Origin: Marsupella aquatica
Lineage: Eukaryota > Plantae > Marchantiophyta
Assembly: GCA_973895155.1 (NCBI GenBank)
Contig: OZ316897.1
Coordinates: forward strand, 10,439,832 to 10,503,831
Length of the DNA: 64,000 nt
Direction of reading: 5' to 3'
Every line of letters starts with the position of its first letter. Position 1 is the stretch's first letter. The notes under the pieces were generated by a model. That model worked only from the letters and a program-made list of their open reading frames with translations. It was not told the origin of the DNA and made no database searches. A program made the translations under genes and the position numbers. Positions 12,364 through 27,028 of the stretch are shown here, one piece after another.

Positions 12364-14324
12364 ATGCCTTCACCGTGCATAGCGTGCCAGCGGCCTCTTA
12401 AGTGCAAATCCTTAGATCGGTACAATAGCTCGGGGACATGTGATCGGGAGCTGAGTTGCCAGCGGCAGGGCCACAATTTGCCCTGCATAGTCTGCATAGA
12501 TTGTTACGAGCAGGAGGCCACAGGTCGGTACAATGCCGAGGGGGCGCTCACGGAAGCGAAAGCTGATTTCGCTGACAAAGACCAGGAAATCTTGTCTTTG
12601 AAAGAGCAGCTGGAAGAAATGCAACTGCAGCTGCAATTTCTCCGCACTTGGGACAATCCTTTAAAGGATCCGCATGCCGAGATTATATTTTACAGCGCTG
12701 AGGGCGAGACATTGCACGCACATCGTGCTATACTGGTACGTCCATCTATCTCCTGCTTGACTCCACACACGCCCCGGTTTCAACATGTGCTTGTTGGCTA
12801 TCTAATGAACATGGTCTGTGCAAGTAAATTCACCTCCCTTGTCCTTGAAATCACCTCATCAGCACCTCGAAATCCCCGAAGTATGAATCATCTGGTTCAG
12901 GTTGGTCTATGACTATGCTGGAAATCGATACACCCAGCATCCTCCGATGCCTGCCTCCCAACTTTCATTGGTGACATCATATCGAAACTTGAGTGATTTG
13001 TTGCCCTCAGCTTTGTCTACACCTCTCAGGAAGCTTGTCCGAGATGGGGTACGTCGGGCCACCCTACTTGCATAGTTCATTGCTATTGGCAGGATCGAGA
13101 GATCTCCTGTGCTGAGATCTCGATTGCTATGGCCGTCTGTGGGTGGATGGGTCTAGTGGAAGGTTCAATGGTTAGAATTCTTCAAGCAAGTCCTCTCTCG
13201 TTGTTACTATAGCGACCGTCTTTTTAGTGCTGCTCACCGTCAATAACTGGTCGGTGGGAGTTGCTTTTCCGCCAATCCCGAGAGCTGCCGATTTTGTCGA
13301 TAGGTCTGGCTAGGATTGGCTACTATGACTGATTATTAGTGCTCACCTGCCACTCACAGAAGTTGTGTCCATCCCCCGAGAGGTCAACTGTCCAAGGACC
13401 TCTTTCCAAAGCAACTCGTCTATGAGTGTCTAATGCGAGCCATCATCCATCTATATATTGCAAGCTTGAGGCCGGATCCCATAGGTATCCCTACAGGGCC
13501 TGTGCTGAACAGCGGACAGCTAGAAAATCTCGGAATCTTCCTAAGTTTGCTGACTTGGGTAGTGCATGTACTTTGGACAAGTGACGTGAACCGAGGCATG
13601 ACGTAAATCGTTCACCGCATTTTACTCGATGGATGATGATAATTTTTTCCGAGTGCGTCTTCACTCTTCTCGTTATATGATTTTGCTTATCATGAATGGC
13701 GACGGCGTGAATGATTCCAGTATTGTAACTGACTAGATGGGGAATGAATGGCAGATGAGCAAATCACCGGTGTTCAGATCAATGCTTCTGGCAGACCTCA
13801 AGGACGGGAGATCGGGAGTGCTCCATCTGGACGACATGCCAGCGGCAGCGTTGCGGGCATTTTTGGGATTCCTCTACTATGCCCGAGTCAGTGAGAACGA
13901 GTTGAACCAACACGGAGGTCACCTCCTGGCCGCGGCGCACAAGTTTGACATTCCCCCTCTCAAGGCACAGGCGGAGAAGTACGTAGTGGCCAATCTCATC
14001 ACTCAGGAGAACGCCGTTTCGTTTCTCGAGCTCGGCAGCCTGTGCAATTCCAAGCCCATCAAGGATGCTACCACGAAGTTGATTGCCGTCAACTACGAAG
14101 CCTTCCTGTCCAGAAGCGATTACAACATGCTCGTCCAGAGGGATCCCGGCGTGGTCATCGAGTTCTACGAGGAGCTCGTCCAACGGCTTCGCAAGACTCT
14201 CAGGCACCACGGATTGATCGACGGAGGCGGCTCGAAAACAGGATCCCCCGTACCCTTCTTAGGGAGTAAAAAGGGCAGACTTGACTTGGCCGTCTACGAG
14301 GGAAAGAAACTACCGAAAGACTAG
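12364..14324 (+). CDS. BTB/POZ domain protein with N-terminal Cys-rich region and coiled coil (At4g08455-like), 2 coding exons, ~313 aa
   Basis: Exon 1 is 12364-12735 (C..C...CIDCYEQ, coiled coil, LQFLR, HAHRAIL|GTACGT). Exon 2 is 13755-14324 (CAG|MSKSPVFRSML...AFLGFLY...LLAAAHKFDIPPLK). The phase-0 junction restores the canonical BTB motif AHRAILxxxSPVFRxM. Confidence 0.92.
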
Positions 14325-17300
14325 ACTAGTCTTTCGTGGCATCGATCGATCGATGGAAATGAAGTACTGCAGTGGAGAGATGATAATTGATTCTCTTATT
14401 CGGCAAATCAATGAAATCAACGAAAGTTGCTGCTTGTCGCTCACTCAATCATCACTTCGGAGTCCGTTGCTATCTAGGTACCAAGCTAGGTCGGTAGTAT
14501 GAAAGCTTTATAGCGCGTTCGTGTTGGCTCTGATCAGATGATGATACTAGCTGTCCACTCAGCAGCAGCGGGAGCAGCAGCAGCAGTCCACAATTTGTGT
14601 GCCTGTCCGCACTGTAAAATATCTTTCGATGACATATATATTTGTGGGTATGGTATGCACGTAGGGGAAGGGATCGCGTGGATCTTGTTTTGAGTCGTCC
14701 GAAAACCATAGACAGGCTGTTCTCCTCTCTTCTAGCTACCTTCCCGCCTGGCTGGCTGGCGAAGAGAGATTTACTCTCTCGACCATTCTGCCAGTGATCG
14801 CTCAAGGGTAGATTGATGAAGTGATGGTGGTTGGCCGGAGTAGCAGTTCTGATACGAGATACCTCTCTTCTCGTGTCCTATCCTCTAAGCTCCTATCCTC
14901 TAAGCGAGTGTCCCTTTCCGTTTCCGGTTGGAGGATACATCCCGTAACTGAATGAACAAGGATTCAGCGTTGAAGTCATCTGTAATTTCATGTGTATAAT
15001 TGACGTGTAACACCATCGTTTGAGAATGAGCAGACGTGTTTTGATTAAGATGATATGATCGCGAAACCAAAGTGCTTTTTCGCTTTGAATGGATGGGAAT
15101 TGCATTGTATCGGTGACGTCTCTCGTCCGTTGTGAATGTTATGCTGACTGTCCTCACGACTATGAACATGTCTTCAATGCGTTGAGAAATGGAATTTTTG
15201 TCGTTTGATACATGTTTTCAATTGTACCTTCAAAGTCTGATAGATATCTTCTCTGTCAACCTGACCCCTAAGATGATTCCCTAGATTGTGTTGTTTCTAC
15301 ATCAGCTGTCTCCGGAATCCACATCGTTCGGTATATCAACTAAAATCTTTGCGCTTGACATCAACTTTAAACTGGACGTGGGAATCCATCCCCTGTGAGA
15401 ATCGCGACGAGATTTTCAAGGAACGCAGGGTAAACATCTTCTCGAACATCACCTTTGATTTTTCACTCGGTCACTACGCAATCGTTTCAAAGCCCTGTCC
15501 TCGTCTTCTCATTTTCACATCGTGACGAGTCACAGCAGCACTTGACGTAGGACGTAATTATGGATCACGTTCGGTGTTAGGTCACAACGACAACAGTCAG
15601 TCAGGCGAAGGCGAAGGCGAGGCTACTGTATGGACCCAGTTGTAGGTAGCAGTGTCGCACCATGATGCCACGGAAACTACTCACGACATCTACGAAACGA
15701 AACACATAATGAGTTGCTACGAAGTTGTACTCTTTGCGCCAGACTTCGTCCTTGCTCATAATTCGCTCTCGCTACAGTAACTAGTACCTCCAACCTGGCG
15801 ATGACCGCTTGTAATCTCCGGAGGTGGATCAGGGGCAGGGAAGGTCGGACGGATGTATGGAATTTTCCAACTTGCCACATCATGCAGGCCTCACGTTCTA
15901 CAGTAGTGTTGTCATCGAAGAAAACTGTTCGTGTAGAGGCCGTCAAAATTAGTTTACTGTACTTATTCAGTGTGTATATACTATATAGGCCCTCCTTCCT
16001 GGCGACGATCTCTTGTGATCGATCGCCAGAGAACGGAAGGTCGGGACTCGGGAGGATAAATGCTTATCTGAGTTTCCCAAATGGGAAATCCTGTAGGCCT
16101 CATCTTCTACAGTAGAGCTGTCATCGAATCTTCATCGAAAAAGGAGTTTCGTTTAGAGTCCGTTGCGATTAATTTGCTGTACAGAACTGGTGTCTTTAAG
16201 AGCTCCCGGGCCATGTGTACTTACGGAGCTTTAACGAGGCTGTTTTGTTTATGAGAGTTCCGTATTTATTTACTGTACCAAGACTAGTCAAGGTGATGGA
16301 GTAGTTGAGACGAGACACTTTCTTGTTTTGCCTTGAAAATTCAGCTTTAATGACACACTGATGAACAGTACGAAGCGAAGGGGAGCTCGAAGACCAACCT
16401 AACAAGAAACACACTCGAAAGAGGACGAACCCCGGCAGCTGGATAGGAACGACTGTTAAGAAACAATCAATTTCATTGTCTTCAAATAAGATTGCACGAG
16501 TGATGATGAGAATCTTACAGCAGATGCTTGTTTAGTCCCGTTATGAGTGAGGAGACGACATTGATCGAGCGAAGAGCGAGAGGCCGAGAGCTCAACAAAT
16601 CCCCCAAAGTGAGCGGAATCAATGTACAGTACGTGCGTTCCTTTGTCATTCCGTGTTCCTCAGTGGACGCATTCATGACGCTGTCTATCTATCTCCCAGA
16701 AACACGAAAGAAGGCCGTGTTGGCAGACGCGATTGCATTGCGATGCAATGACAACAATGACAATAGGCAATACGTAAATAAAGTGCTCTCGTTCGGTTTT
16801 CTTTCCTTTCCTTTCGTTTCCCCGACACCTCCGCACACGGGATCAGCCGTCTGTCCGTCTATCCATCGCCATAAGACTGATCAGTTTAACGACTGTCCGC
16901 AAAGTGAATGCGATTCCAAATGAGCTCCGCGTCCTGAACTCGATCATCATCTCGTTCATAAACTCACTCGGTCCCCCCCTCCTTCTCTTGCGCCACCAAT
17001 GCCCAATCCAGTCGCGATCGTCATAATGAGCCTTCATGAACTCTCGCGAATTCCAAGAACGCAGTACCGCATCATATCCGATGCAAAATGACCTCCGAGA
17101 GTCCGATCCCTCGTTTCCCATCAATTTGTGCGTTCATTTCTCGACGTGCTCGCTACTCGGTTTCATGAATGATCTCCCCTCTCGCAACGAGCATGCAAGG
17201 GACGCATGGGATCCAAATCAATGCACGACAGATTACTCACTCACTCACTCACTCATCGCTCGATCGATGAGTCATACAAATCACTGTTGCCATTCAGAGT

Positions 17301-18329
17301 TCAGCACTTCAGCTCTCGAAACCGATTTCGTCCTTCCTTGAGCTACAGTAGCGGTCACTCGAACTTTGAACGGATAATTAATTCCTCGTCCAACCCAATC
17401 CATCGTTGCTCATTGTCTCGCTCGAGTAGAGTCTTCCCGTTGTCACGAATCTCCATTGCAATTGACTTCAAGAGCTCAAGAGCTGAAGCTCATGGAGCTC
17501 TTTTCATCAGAGTGCTTTAAATAGAACGATCTGCATTCAATACGTTGGACTACAATATGAGGGGAAATAAAATTTATTAATAGCTATTGGAGGAATTAAA
17601 ATTGGGACAGGCATTTCTGGTCCTGTTAGTCATCTACAGTGGTTGTTTTCCATGGAGTTTAAAATTGGGAATCACAGTCAGGAGAATTTAAACCTGGCAC
17701 TACAGTAACAGCAGTTTCGAAATTCAAAATGCGAGGCCATGACGTTTATTGAGAAGGGTCAATTTCTTAAAAAAACCATTGAAATTTGCACTGCAACTTT
17801 TAAAGGATGAAAGGACGAGGACGATTAAAAGTTGGGACAGAAATTTCAAAATTCAAGCTTGAGTTTGATGCATTAAAACAGGGAAAGGGAGCTTCAAATT
17901 TGGTACATTAATATGGCATCTTTCTGAAAGCACAGTCTGTATGACATGTACTCTTTCGCTACAATTTGTTCGGATTAAAACAGGGAAAGACAACTCAAAA
18001 TGGTACGTTAATTTAGAATCTTTCTGAAACCACAGTATGACATATATTGTGCTGTAGGAGCATAAATTATAGTACTTCCGTCTTCAACTGTGGTCATCAC
18101 AGGTTTCAAATAAATACATTTTTTAAGACACCAGGTTTGCTGGAATCAAAGCTCGGATGGACACCTTGTGGTTGTCCCTGCAGGCTCTCTTAGACAATGT
18201 AAAGTCTGTCACCACTTTACACCAGAAAGAGTACAGAACCAGCTATTGTGGATGGAACTTGGAGAGATATGATTGGTAGACCCCCTTCAGGAAAAAGTTT
18301 GTTTAATCACCTCCCTCTATATTTTTCCA

Positions 18330-19600
18330 CAATCTGGACCGTTGATGGACCTTTCGATCTCAGATCTGGACCGTTGATAGACCTCAGGGGGTCGATCAAG
18401 TAACAAGTTTCATTTTGGGGGTCGATCAAGCAAATACCTCATGGAACTTGCCATTCAGATTAGTTTAGGCCAACTTTCAGTCATCCAGGCATGCGCAATC
18501 TGGTTCTCCATCTAGATCCATTCTTCTTTTATGTCCAAAGATGCTCTTGTTTTCTTGCCACATCTCACTTCTCCACATAATACATTTTCTTGCAAGTGAG
18601 CAAAACAGAAACCAGGTTTTCTTCATGGCTGTCCATCCAGATGCAAAAGTTTATTCGAGAATTTTGGCAAATTTGAGGTCTATCCCAACTTCAGATTCTT
18701 GCCACATTTCACTTATGGGTGTAATAGATACTTTATGAGCCACATTGGTAAGCTAGCAACCCTGCCACTGGCCCACAGAGGCTGGCAGGCATGTGTGCTC
18801 TTGGCGGAGGTATTCTATGTTGCGAGCAAACAGGAGATTTTAATAGCAGGAGAATGTTATTAGCGAGACACTATTGGTTTCAAAATTTCATTTGCTTTTT
18901 GGTGCATTTTATATTTTTTGTGTTTTTTAAAGACTCCAGATGGCTAGCGAGCTTGCTAGCAAAAAGGGGAGTCCCAAAAAGGGATGTTACCAACCAGGTA
19001 GTTGATAGCGAGGCAGTTCGATGTAGAAAAATAGGGGTCATGCAAGATTTCTTTTTGCTCATGTGAGGAAAATTTTTACTGTTTGCTCGCAAGTTACAAT
19101 TACCCCTCTTGCCGTCCAGTGTGGGCTTGCAGTGTTTTGGGTATTGTGTGCATTTGTCAGCCCCTTGGTGGGCTTGCCTTTGGATTTGCGGTTGGGATCC
19201 CCTCACGTTTTGGGTGTTGTGTGCATCAGTGTTGGCCCTTGTGGTGGGCTTGCCTTTGTGCTTCTGGCCTGGTTGGTTTCCCTTCATCCGTGGGGGGTAT
19301 GCAGTGTAATTTATAAATGTTGTAATAACTTTCATAGTAAATAGATACCTTATGTGAGAGATTTTTGTTTCTATCCATCCATCCAAGTTGCAAAAGTTTA
19401 TCTTAGAACTTTGGAGGTACGTACATGCTTCATTGACCCCCAAAATGAAAAGTGTTACTATAGTAGATGAGACACCTGAGTGATCCCAATCTAACAGATC
19501 CATAGACCTTAAATCAATGTACCCAAATACTCATGGGGTTTGTTTGGGAGAAATAGTCTGATTTGGGGTCCATCAAGCAGGTACCTCAAGAATTTTCAAA
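18330..19600. repeat. Mixed direct/inverted repeat cluster, probable non-autonomous DNA-transposon relic
   Basis: 18399-18431 matches the reverse complement of 19427-19459 at 29/33 nt. Direct copies of GGGGTC(G/C)ATCAAG at ~18387, ~18417 and ~19565. ATCTGGACCGTTGAT occurs twice. There is a ~74-bp tandem duplication at 19134-19258. Confidence 0.55.
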
Positions 19601-22600
19601 TAGGGTAATGTACTGGTTAGAGGGCATTGTGAGATATAATGCCCATAACTAGGACATTAATGTACTATAAAAACTTGAGTGACTTTTAGGTAACAAACAA
19701 GGAAAAGTGAATACTTGAAATAGAAAATTCAAATTAAAGGGTCATCCAAGAAATGGTTGCTATGGAATTGGTCAAAAATATCCATTCTTTAGTTATATTA
19801 AATTCTATTCATAGATATTTTGTTAATATCACCATATAAGATTTGGTTATCATTTTGAGATCTAAACTAAATTTAATTATTATTTTTATATGGTCAAACT
19901 ATATTTAATTATGGACCCCACTAGAGGTCCCTTCCAAAATTCCTGGCTCCACAGCGCACCACGTCATCATGACGTGCTGCAAACAGGTATGAATTGGTTT
20001 ACAAAATAAAATGACTTTAACATTCGTGTTTGCGGCAATAATCGATGAAATGACGAAATGAGTGTCCGAGGAGACCAACAATGTGTTTCAATCTCAAAGT
20101 GACAGGACAGACCCAATGGTCACCAAGTTCACAGGACTAAGTCACTGCTAAAGCAAATATTTCAACCACTCCACTTTCACAGCCGAGTGGGAGAACAGGG
20201 AGTGCGCTGAGACTATTAAACGCTCTGGTTAGAATCTTCCTTGCTTCGCCTGCCGCCCCTCACTCTCTCTCTCTCTCATTGCGGACCCGGCTTTATGCTT
20301 TGAGTCTCTCCTGGACTTCTGGTAAAGAAACAATTCAAGGGTAACAATTTGCGGCTCGGCTAGAAATTTATTGATGATACACTCATGAGCTTTTTGGCAG
20401 CAAGCTCTGTTGAGAGATGCAAGAGTATGGCTATCTAAAAAATTAATAAATGGGCATCCTAGTCTTCACCGTGCCCAAGATCAGACAAGTACAGGAAGGC
20501 TCTGAGATGACACAATTTCAATGGCCATGCTGCGATCCTCCCCTTACATAGGCTCCATTCATCCGGAAGTATGATCAATCGCACAATCTAGCTACTCAGA
20601 AAAGAATTATTCTTGAGGACTTGAAATCCCCTCGGCGCGAAATTAAACGCCTCTCAATCAACTCTGCCCACCACTGCTTGAAAAAAATTGAATCCTTCTA
20701 GGCATACAACAAATGCCCATTCTGTGGTAGCGTCAATGTCCTGGTGGCAGAGTACCACGGTACAGTTCCCAGTAGTCAAAGCTGTTGTGACTACTAGAAA
20801 GTCTCCGTCGTGAACCTTACGTGACAAAACCTTGACAACTATGCTAAACAATAAAAACTTCCAGTGAACAAAGTTTTGCGAACTGACCATATGGTTTAAA
20901 TTGTGATGGCATCGTGGGTTCCACAGTGCCTCACACTAGATGCATACAAGGTAATTGCAAACCAACTCTGGCCACCATCGCTACCTACCAGACAGCAATC
21001 GCTTGAGACAAGCGAGAATTAATGTAGATGGCCCTAAGCTTGACACATAGGTTTACTCACTCTAAGCAATACCGTGGAGAAGTGTGTTGCATTATTTTAT
21101 AAAATCCATTGTTGAAATAGCTGGCTTTGGATGAGTCGAAAAACTATTCTGGCAAGGAAATTGTTGAACTGCAGTTTGTCCGGTCTTTGTTCAAAGGTGT
21201 TCTAGATGATCCAAACGAGAGCTCTATTTTACGTCCTCGGGTGAGCTCCATTTCCATTCCAACCTGCAATTAGATCTTCAACTGTGCTCATGATTCCTAA
21301 TTGAAATACCTTTGCTGGCTCCAGAGCTGAACTCCCAAGCGATTGGGATTGCCTCAAGCTCAGAGCACCACGCTGCAGCTTCAGAACTAGTTGAGGTTTG
21401 CTCATATATTCAGCTCGGTCACTATTTTCAGTTGGCCTAGTCTCCAGATTCGATCCACCATGTAATCTCAATAAAGATATGTTCATTGTCACACATTTTA
21501 TAACACATTTATCTATTTCACATATATTGTCCAACACATACCTCACATACAATCAACAGATAAGCGTCCATGAACTAATTTTTACTTTTATTATATTTAT
21601 GGTGTTTTGTATAATCCCCTCCTCAAAAAAGGGATCTATTATGGGGAATTAATGCATTCAAAGAGAAAAGTCACGAAAGGCTTTACGCTAACTGAAAGGT
21701 ATACCCAAGTTTCCACTTCTCCAAAGCTGGAAGGACAATACTGATTGTTTTTTTTGCTACGGTTAACTACTCACGAAACCCTATGAACCCCCAAACCAAA
21801 CTCCCAAGTTAACCTCCGCAATGTCTCCGTGCCACCCACAACGGCCGTGACAGATATCCGGTACGGTCAGGTACAGTTCGGTCCACATTGGGAAGACGAA
21901 GCGGTTTTCCGTCCTATGCGGTATCCAATGCAATGGAGAAAACGGCCGTATCTTGTTGCATATCAGGTTATCAACGTATGTGGATATGGTACGTCTGAGA
22001 GGGGCTTGGTATTTACCATTATCCGTATTTAACTCCCAGGTGAAAGGGTGAGACGCTTTAAACAACTTAATGCCGTTCGTGATATAAATAAAGGGGGGGG
22101 GGGGGGTGGTGCAGTCTGGAGCAATATGCCCTGGTCAAGATCTGGATCGTCTTCTCGTCTATTTTCAATAAAGTTAGAAAAAATCAAAATCTGTCAGGGT
22201 CTTAAGTGTACTGAGGTCTAACTGTAGTAAGGAGCATTATGGGCAACAATTGCCACTCAAACCTTGAGGGCAAACTCTTTTCTTGAGGCATTCTATCCCA
22301 ACAGGACTTTACTGCATATGTAAATATTTTTGTGATTTATTCATTTATATTATAAAGTGCACTAATTTTCCATACTTTGTTGGATTTGTTTTTGGTATTT
22401 CTGAGCATATTAGTTTTGCATACAACCTCCCTTCTTTGAGAAGGAGAGTCTGCAACACTCTAAATGTAAGGAAGGAAACACAATATAAGATTACCATAGA
22501 AAATAAAATAATAAATTTCATCAAAAGATCACAAGGTTTGCTTCTAATTTCTTCTATGTTTTTGGTCAATTGCATAACAGCCACTTATTGAGTGGCCATT

Positions 22601-24949
22601 TAATTACTTTTTCTATTTCAGAGATTCATTTTTCTTGTTTGTTATTGAAAAATCACTCAAATTTTTACTTATGTTAATCCTAGTGTTGGGCTTTATATCC
22701 CATAGTGTTCTCTTAACAGGAGACTTTAATGTATACATAAAATTGCAGAGTAAAGTGTTCGTTTCAAGAATAGTGTGTCAAATCAACATCTATTTGAGGC
22801 TGCCAAGTCTTCTTGGGCTCGCATATCCTGCCCATACCGGTTTGAAATGAATCCTGCTTGCTTGCCCTTGTCAACCTTGGGTGCTGCTCTGGCAACATGA
22901 AGTAGAACACGCCATTGATCCCCCTTCCCTTGACAATGACACATGCTGAAAATGAAAACGACACACTTTGAGAATGAAGGCATCTGTAAGTGAGAATGGG
23001 TTTTCAGCAGAGTCCTAAAGATGCAGGCAAATTTGAAGTGGACAGATATTTCCCATCTGTTGACGAATTGAGGGTGTGTTTCATTTCACGCTGCCAGAGC
23101 AGCAACCAACATTTAGAAATGAAAGCGGGTAGGATGCACTGGAAGTCAGGACGGGCAGGGTACAGGGGCCCAGGAAGGCTGGGAGCCTTAAGTAGGTGTT
23201 GATTTTACGGACCATCATTCAAAACAAAATCAAACAGAAGAATATTTTTAGCAGAGAACAAATGTACGAGATTGTATAGCAAACAGAATTCAAACCAATT
23301 ACCCAAACTGGGTCATACAGTTTGCACATAGGACAAAATGGTTCATAGAGTTAATTTGAGATTTGGTACATTGCAATCACCAGCAATTGCAAATCTAACC
23401 CAATCCAACTAATAGTTCGCAATCCAAATCTACACTCTGGAGCCCATGGTGCCCATGGTCAAGAGGTAAGCCTCTAGACCAAGAGTCTGGGTAGGCAACA
23501 AGTTTAGGGCTAGGCAACAGGCCAGGAAGGCTAGGTTCCCGGCTAGGTTTGGCAAATGGTGCTACTTTTATTTACCCCTGAATTTTGCAATTTTCAAGAC
23601 TTGCAAGTATTTTCTAAGTACATATGGGACCCTGAGGGTTTGCACTCAGAACAAGTGACTAATGAGTAAAACAAGCTAGACAGAAATCATGTCACAGTGT
23701 CAATGATGCATGTTCGGAGCACATGTAGAAGATGTGCTCAAATGCACAAACATTCCTAAGAACATTAGTCTAAGGAGAAGATTCCAAGTTATCTCATTGT
23801 CAAAAGCACTGGGTTGCGTTCTTAATCAATTATATGCTCCGTCAGCCTATTGGCTAGGATCTATGCCTTTTCTAAAGAGTAATATTCATCACGTGGAGTG
23901 ACATGATTGATTGACTTTGGTGTTTTTCCTGAACTTTGCTGACAATATCTTGGGCCAATAATTATGTTTCTTGAATAAGTGCCTCCTGTAGTTGGAATAG
24001 TCCAACTTTAAAATCTTCTAAAAGAGCCTGTATCACCTCCTTTAAACTGTTCATGATCTTCCCCCTAAACTTTTCCTGGGTTCCGTCTGTTGGATCTCTC
24101 TTCCATCATATAGTATGTTCATAGAAGGTTTGAATGAGGTACTGGTTATTAGACCATTCTATGATGAAAGGCATGGATTGCAGTTGCTTTATTTATTTGC
24201 CTTTAGTTGTGTCTAGAGTGGTATTGGGACTGCTCGAGCCCTGGTGACACCTTCCCCTTTAAAGACAAAAAGAATGTTTAGGTGATGAATGAAATTTAGA
24301 GGGGCTAAAGGAAAGGATCATCAGATAGCTTAGCCGCCCTTGCTGTCCCTCTTGCTATTGAGATATTTTGGAGACTTCATCATCACTTACTTGCCAGCAG
24401 CTTGCAACATCCACAAATGGGTGGGTTTCCATTGGCCCACCACTTTCCATTCTTACCACACACTTTCATGAGCATCACAGAAATGTCTGTGATGCTGTGG
24501 GCTTGCAAATCTCTGGCGAAGTGAACTAGCGTCCCTCTACAGCAGTTTGCCCTCTTAGAGGACCTCCGCCCCCCCCTTGCACATTTAGTTCCAACCATGT
24601 ATGTAAACCATTAGTTCATCCCACTATGGCTTACATGTGAACTGTTTGCTCCTCACACCGAGGCACCTTAGTTTCTTTCCACTTGCTAGTTTTAGGGGTT
24701 TTCCTGTGCCCCCTTCTCTTCGGTTTGATGTTTGTTCACTTTGGACCTCTTCTGTTTGTTCTTCAGAGTACTTTGTTTGACCCCTTATTGTGAAAACTTC
24801 AAACAAATAGCCTGTCAAATTAAATATTCAGGTCAAATGTTTCAGAGGGGGGGGGGGGGGGGGTTGACAATTATGGGGCAGGATATTTAAAGAGCAGTTC
24901 AAGAGGGCTCTAAATTGATAGGCTCGTTTTTACAGAATGGAACATTATT

Positions 24950-26984
24950 CACTCATTCATACTGACGATGCATAATTGTCTCAGAAATCAAAGGTCAAGG
25001 AACTACTTAACAAGTTCGACAACGTGGGGGAGATGCTCTATGCAGGGAAACAACTGGACCGTATGAGTCGGAAGGAGATTTGCATTTATCGGTCGAACTC
25101 TCTGGACTGGTACGTGAAGCATTCAATTCTGACGTTACATCCCGTGCTAAGGTTTGGATTCTCGAACCGAGTTTCTGGAAGAAGGCATTAAAGAGTGACA
25201 CATCCTGACATGAGGTTTCAACGAGCAGAACAACGATACAATTTCGTCCTACCGCTTCTGTACTTCAAAATAGTTTGGGAGCAGAGACTTCGATCGATGG
25301 TCTCTGACATCGCCGTCAGTGCAGACCAAATCGAGGTCACGATCTCCGACCCCGGGAGAACGTGTCATCGGAACTTACCGCTCCGTATTAGATTGGAAAG
25401 ACAGTACTTGTCAATAGTTTACGCACCGTCCAAAAGAGGCTCCAGAGTAGAGCTAAGGTTCAAAGGAATCTGCAATAGGATGGTATTTCGAAGGTGAAGC
25501 AGACTGAATCAGTGGCAGTACTGTACGTGGATTGGCTGGTTCTGCATATGGGAACGAACGACTGCACACTCCGCATGTGCGATGGCAATTATCGAGTCAT
25601 GGAAAGAGCAGTGGATTATCACACCGTACCTGAAATTTTTGCGTCTGAGATTCTTGGCACAGAGAGTGGTGCGTGGTGCTCCAGCCCACAAACACAAAGT
25701 AACTTAAGTCTCTCACTTGCTTTTTAAATGCACTAACACAGGACCTGTCACGCAGCCAGAGTTTTTGTTACTCTTGGATACTTTTTGCTCACGACTTCCT
25801 CCAATTCCCGGCTCTCGGGAAGATGCATAGCATATACATTCTTGGAGACTTAAGGTGGGAGACCTGCCACAGAGCCAGAGTTTGTTATTCTAGGATACTT
25901 TTTCCTCACGACTTCCACCAGATCCAGGTCTTGGGACGGTACATTCTTCGAGACTGGAAGTAAAATACCTGTCATGAAGCCTGAGATTTTCAGCAGACTG
26001 TCGGATTTTTCTCACGAATTTCACCAAAATCAGGCACTGTAGGAGATGCCTACAAGCTGCTATATTCTTCCAATCGAGACATACTGCACAATACAGTTTT
26101 TTCGAATAACTCCCTGCTGATGGTACCTTATCATGGCCCAAACCCAGGGCTCCTAGGATTCCAGTACTCTGTATATGACAATTGGTTCTGGCAACGTCCA
26201 GTGCCCAGCATGGAATCCATGTGATCTTCTCAGCCAGAATACCAATAGTTCCGCAACATGCCAGAAGGATATTCCCATCGTGGAAAACCCTACTCTCTTA
26301 TTCACCGTTTACGAAGGAAAAGAGATGTCAGCCGAGTTGCCAGCACCTTCCGACCTCGTACACCACGCATGAAACACAGCAGTTATTGCCTGACATCTTC
26401 CGTCACGATTGTGAAAAGAAACCTCTCTTTGCCTCGTAGCATGAGGCGTTTCACTTTTGGCCAGAAGTTTGCTAGACAGATGGAAGGACCGCTCCTGTGC
26501 TTTGAGATTATTCATGTCCATGTTATGACTTTTCAAGAATTGATTGTCAAGTCAGAACAGGATAAATTGTTTTCAAACTTAGGCAATCGAAAATCCCGTG
26601 TACGCCTTTCAACGATCCACCGTCCGCTTTCTAGACGGACGGCCCAATAATATATTGAGTATAAGATAGCCGCATAGTGCATGAGAAAGCAGAATAGACG
26701 AATACTCCACGACTCGAAGAGATGCAAAGTCTAGTGTCAACGACAAGCATGTGGAGTGACAAGAAAGGAATATTTGTGCACGATTCTCCTAAGTTCATTT
26801 GCGATGTTAAAAATTCAAATTCATTAGTGTTTTGGTTTTGGGTTTGCTTTGCTGAACCACCATGAAACCTCACCTTCATTAATATGGAAAAGTGGATAGA
26901 GGTCAGGGAAACTTTCCCGGATAGAACAAGACAGATGACAAAGCACACGGAAGCGGCCAGTGGATTCGTAGTTCTCTAGTCAAT

Positions 26985-27028
<44 letters not shown>

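Noticed and set aside
16199-16390. miR159/319-like hairpin (GAGCTCCC … GGGAGCTC ~180 nt apart)
   Set aside because: Only 8 bp of complementarity, and the 5' half of the mature miRNA (TTGGA.TGAA) is absent.
18880-19503. 207-aa minus-strand ORF
   Set aside because: Runs through repeat-derived sequence with no domain signature.
20350-20900. Possible zf-RVT/RNase H LINE fragment (minus strand)
   Set aside because: Cys/His spacing is too degenerate to support a call.
23700-24800. Possible gypsy gag relic
   Set aside because: No LTR, PBS or intact zinc knuckle found; similarity is impressionistic.
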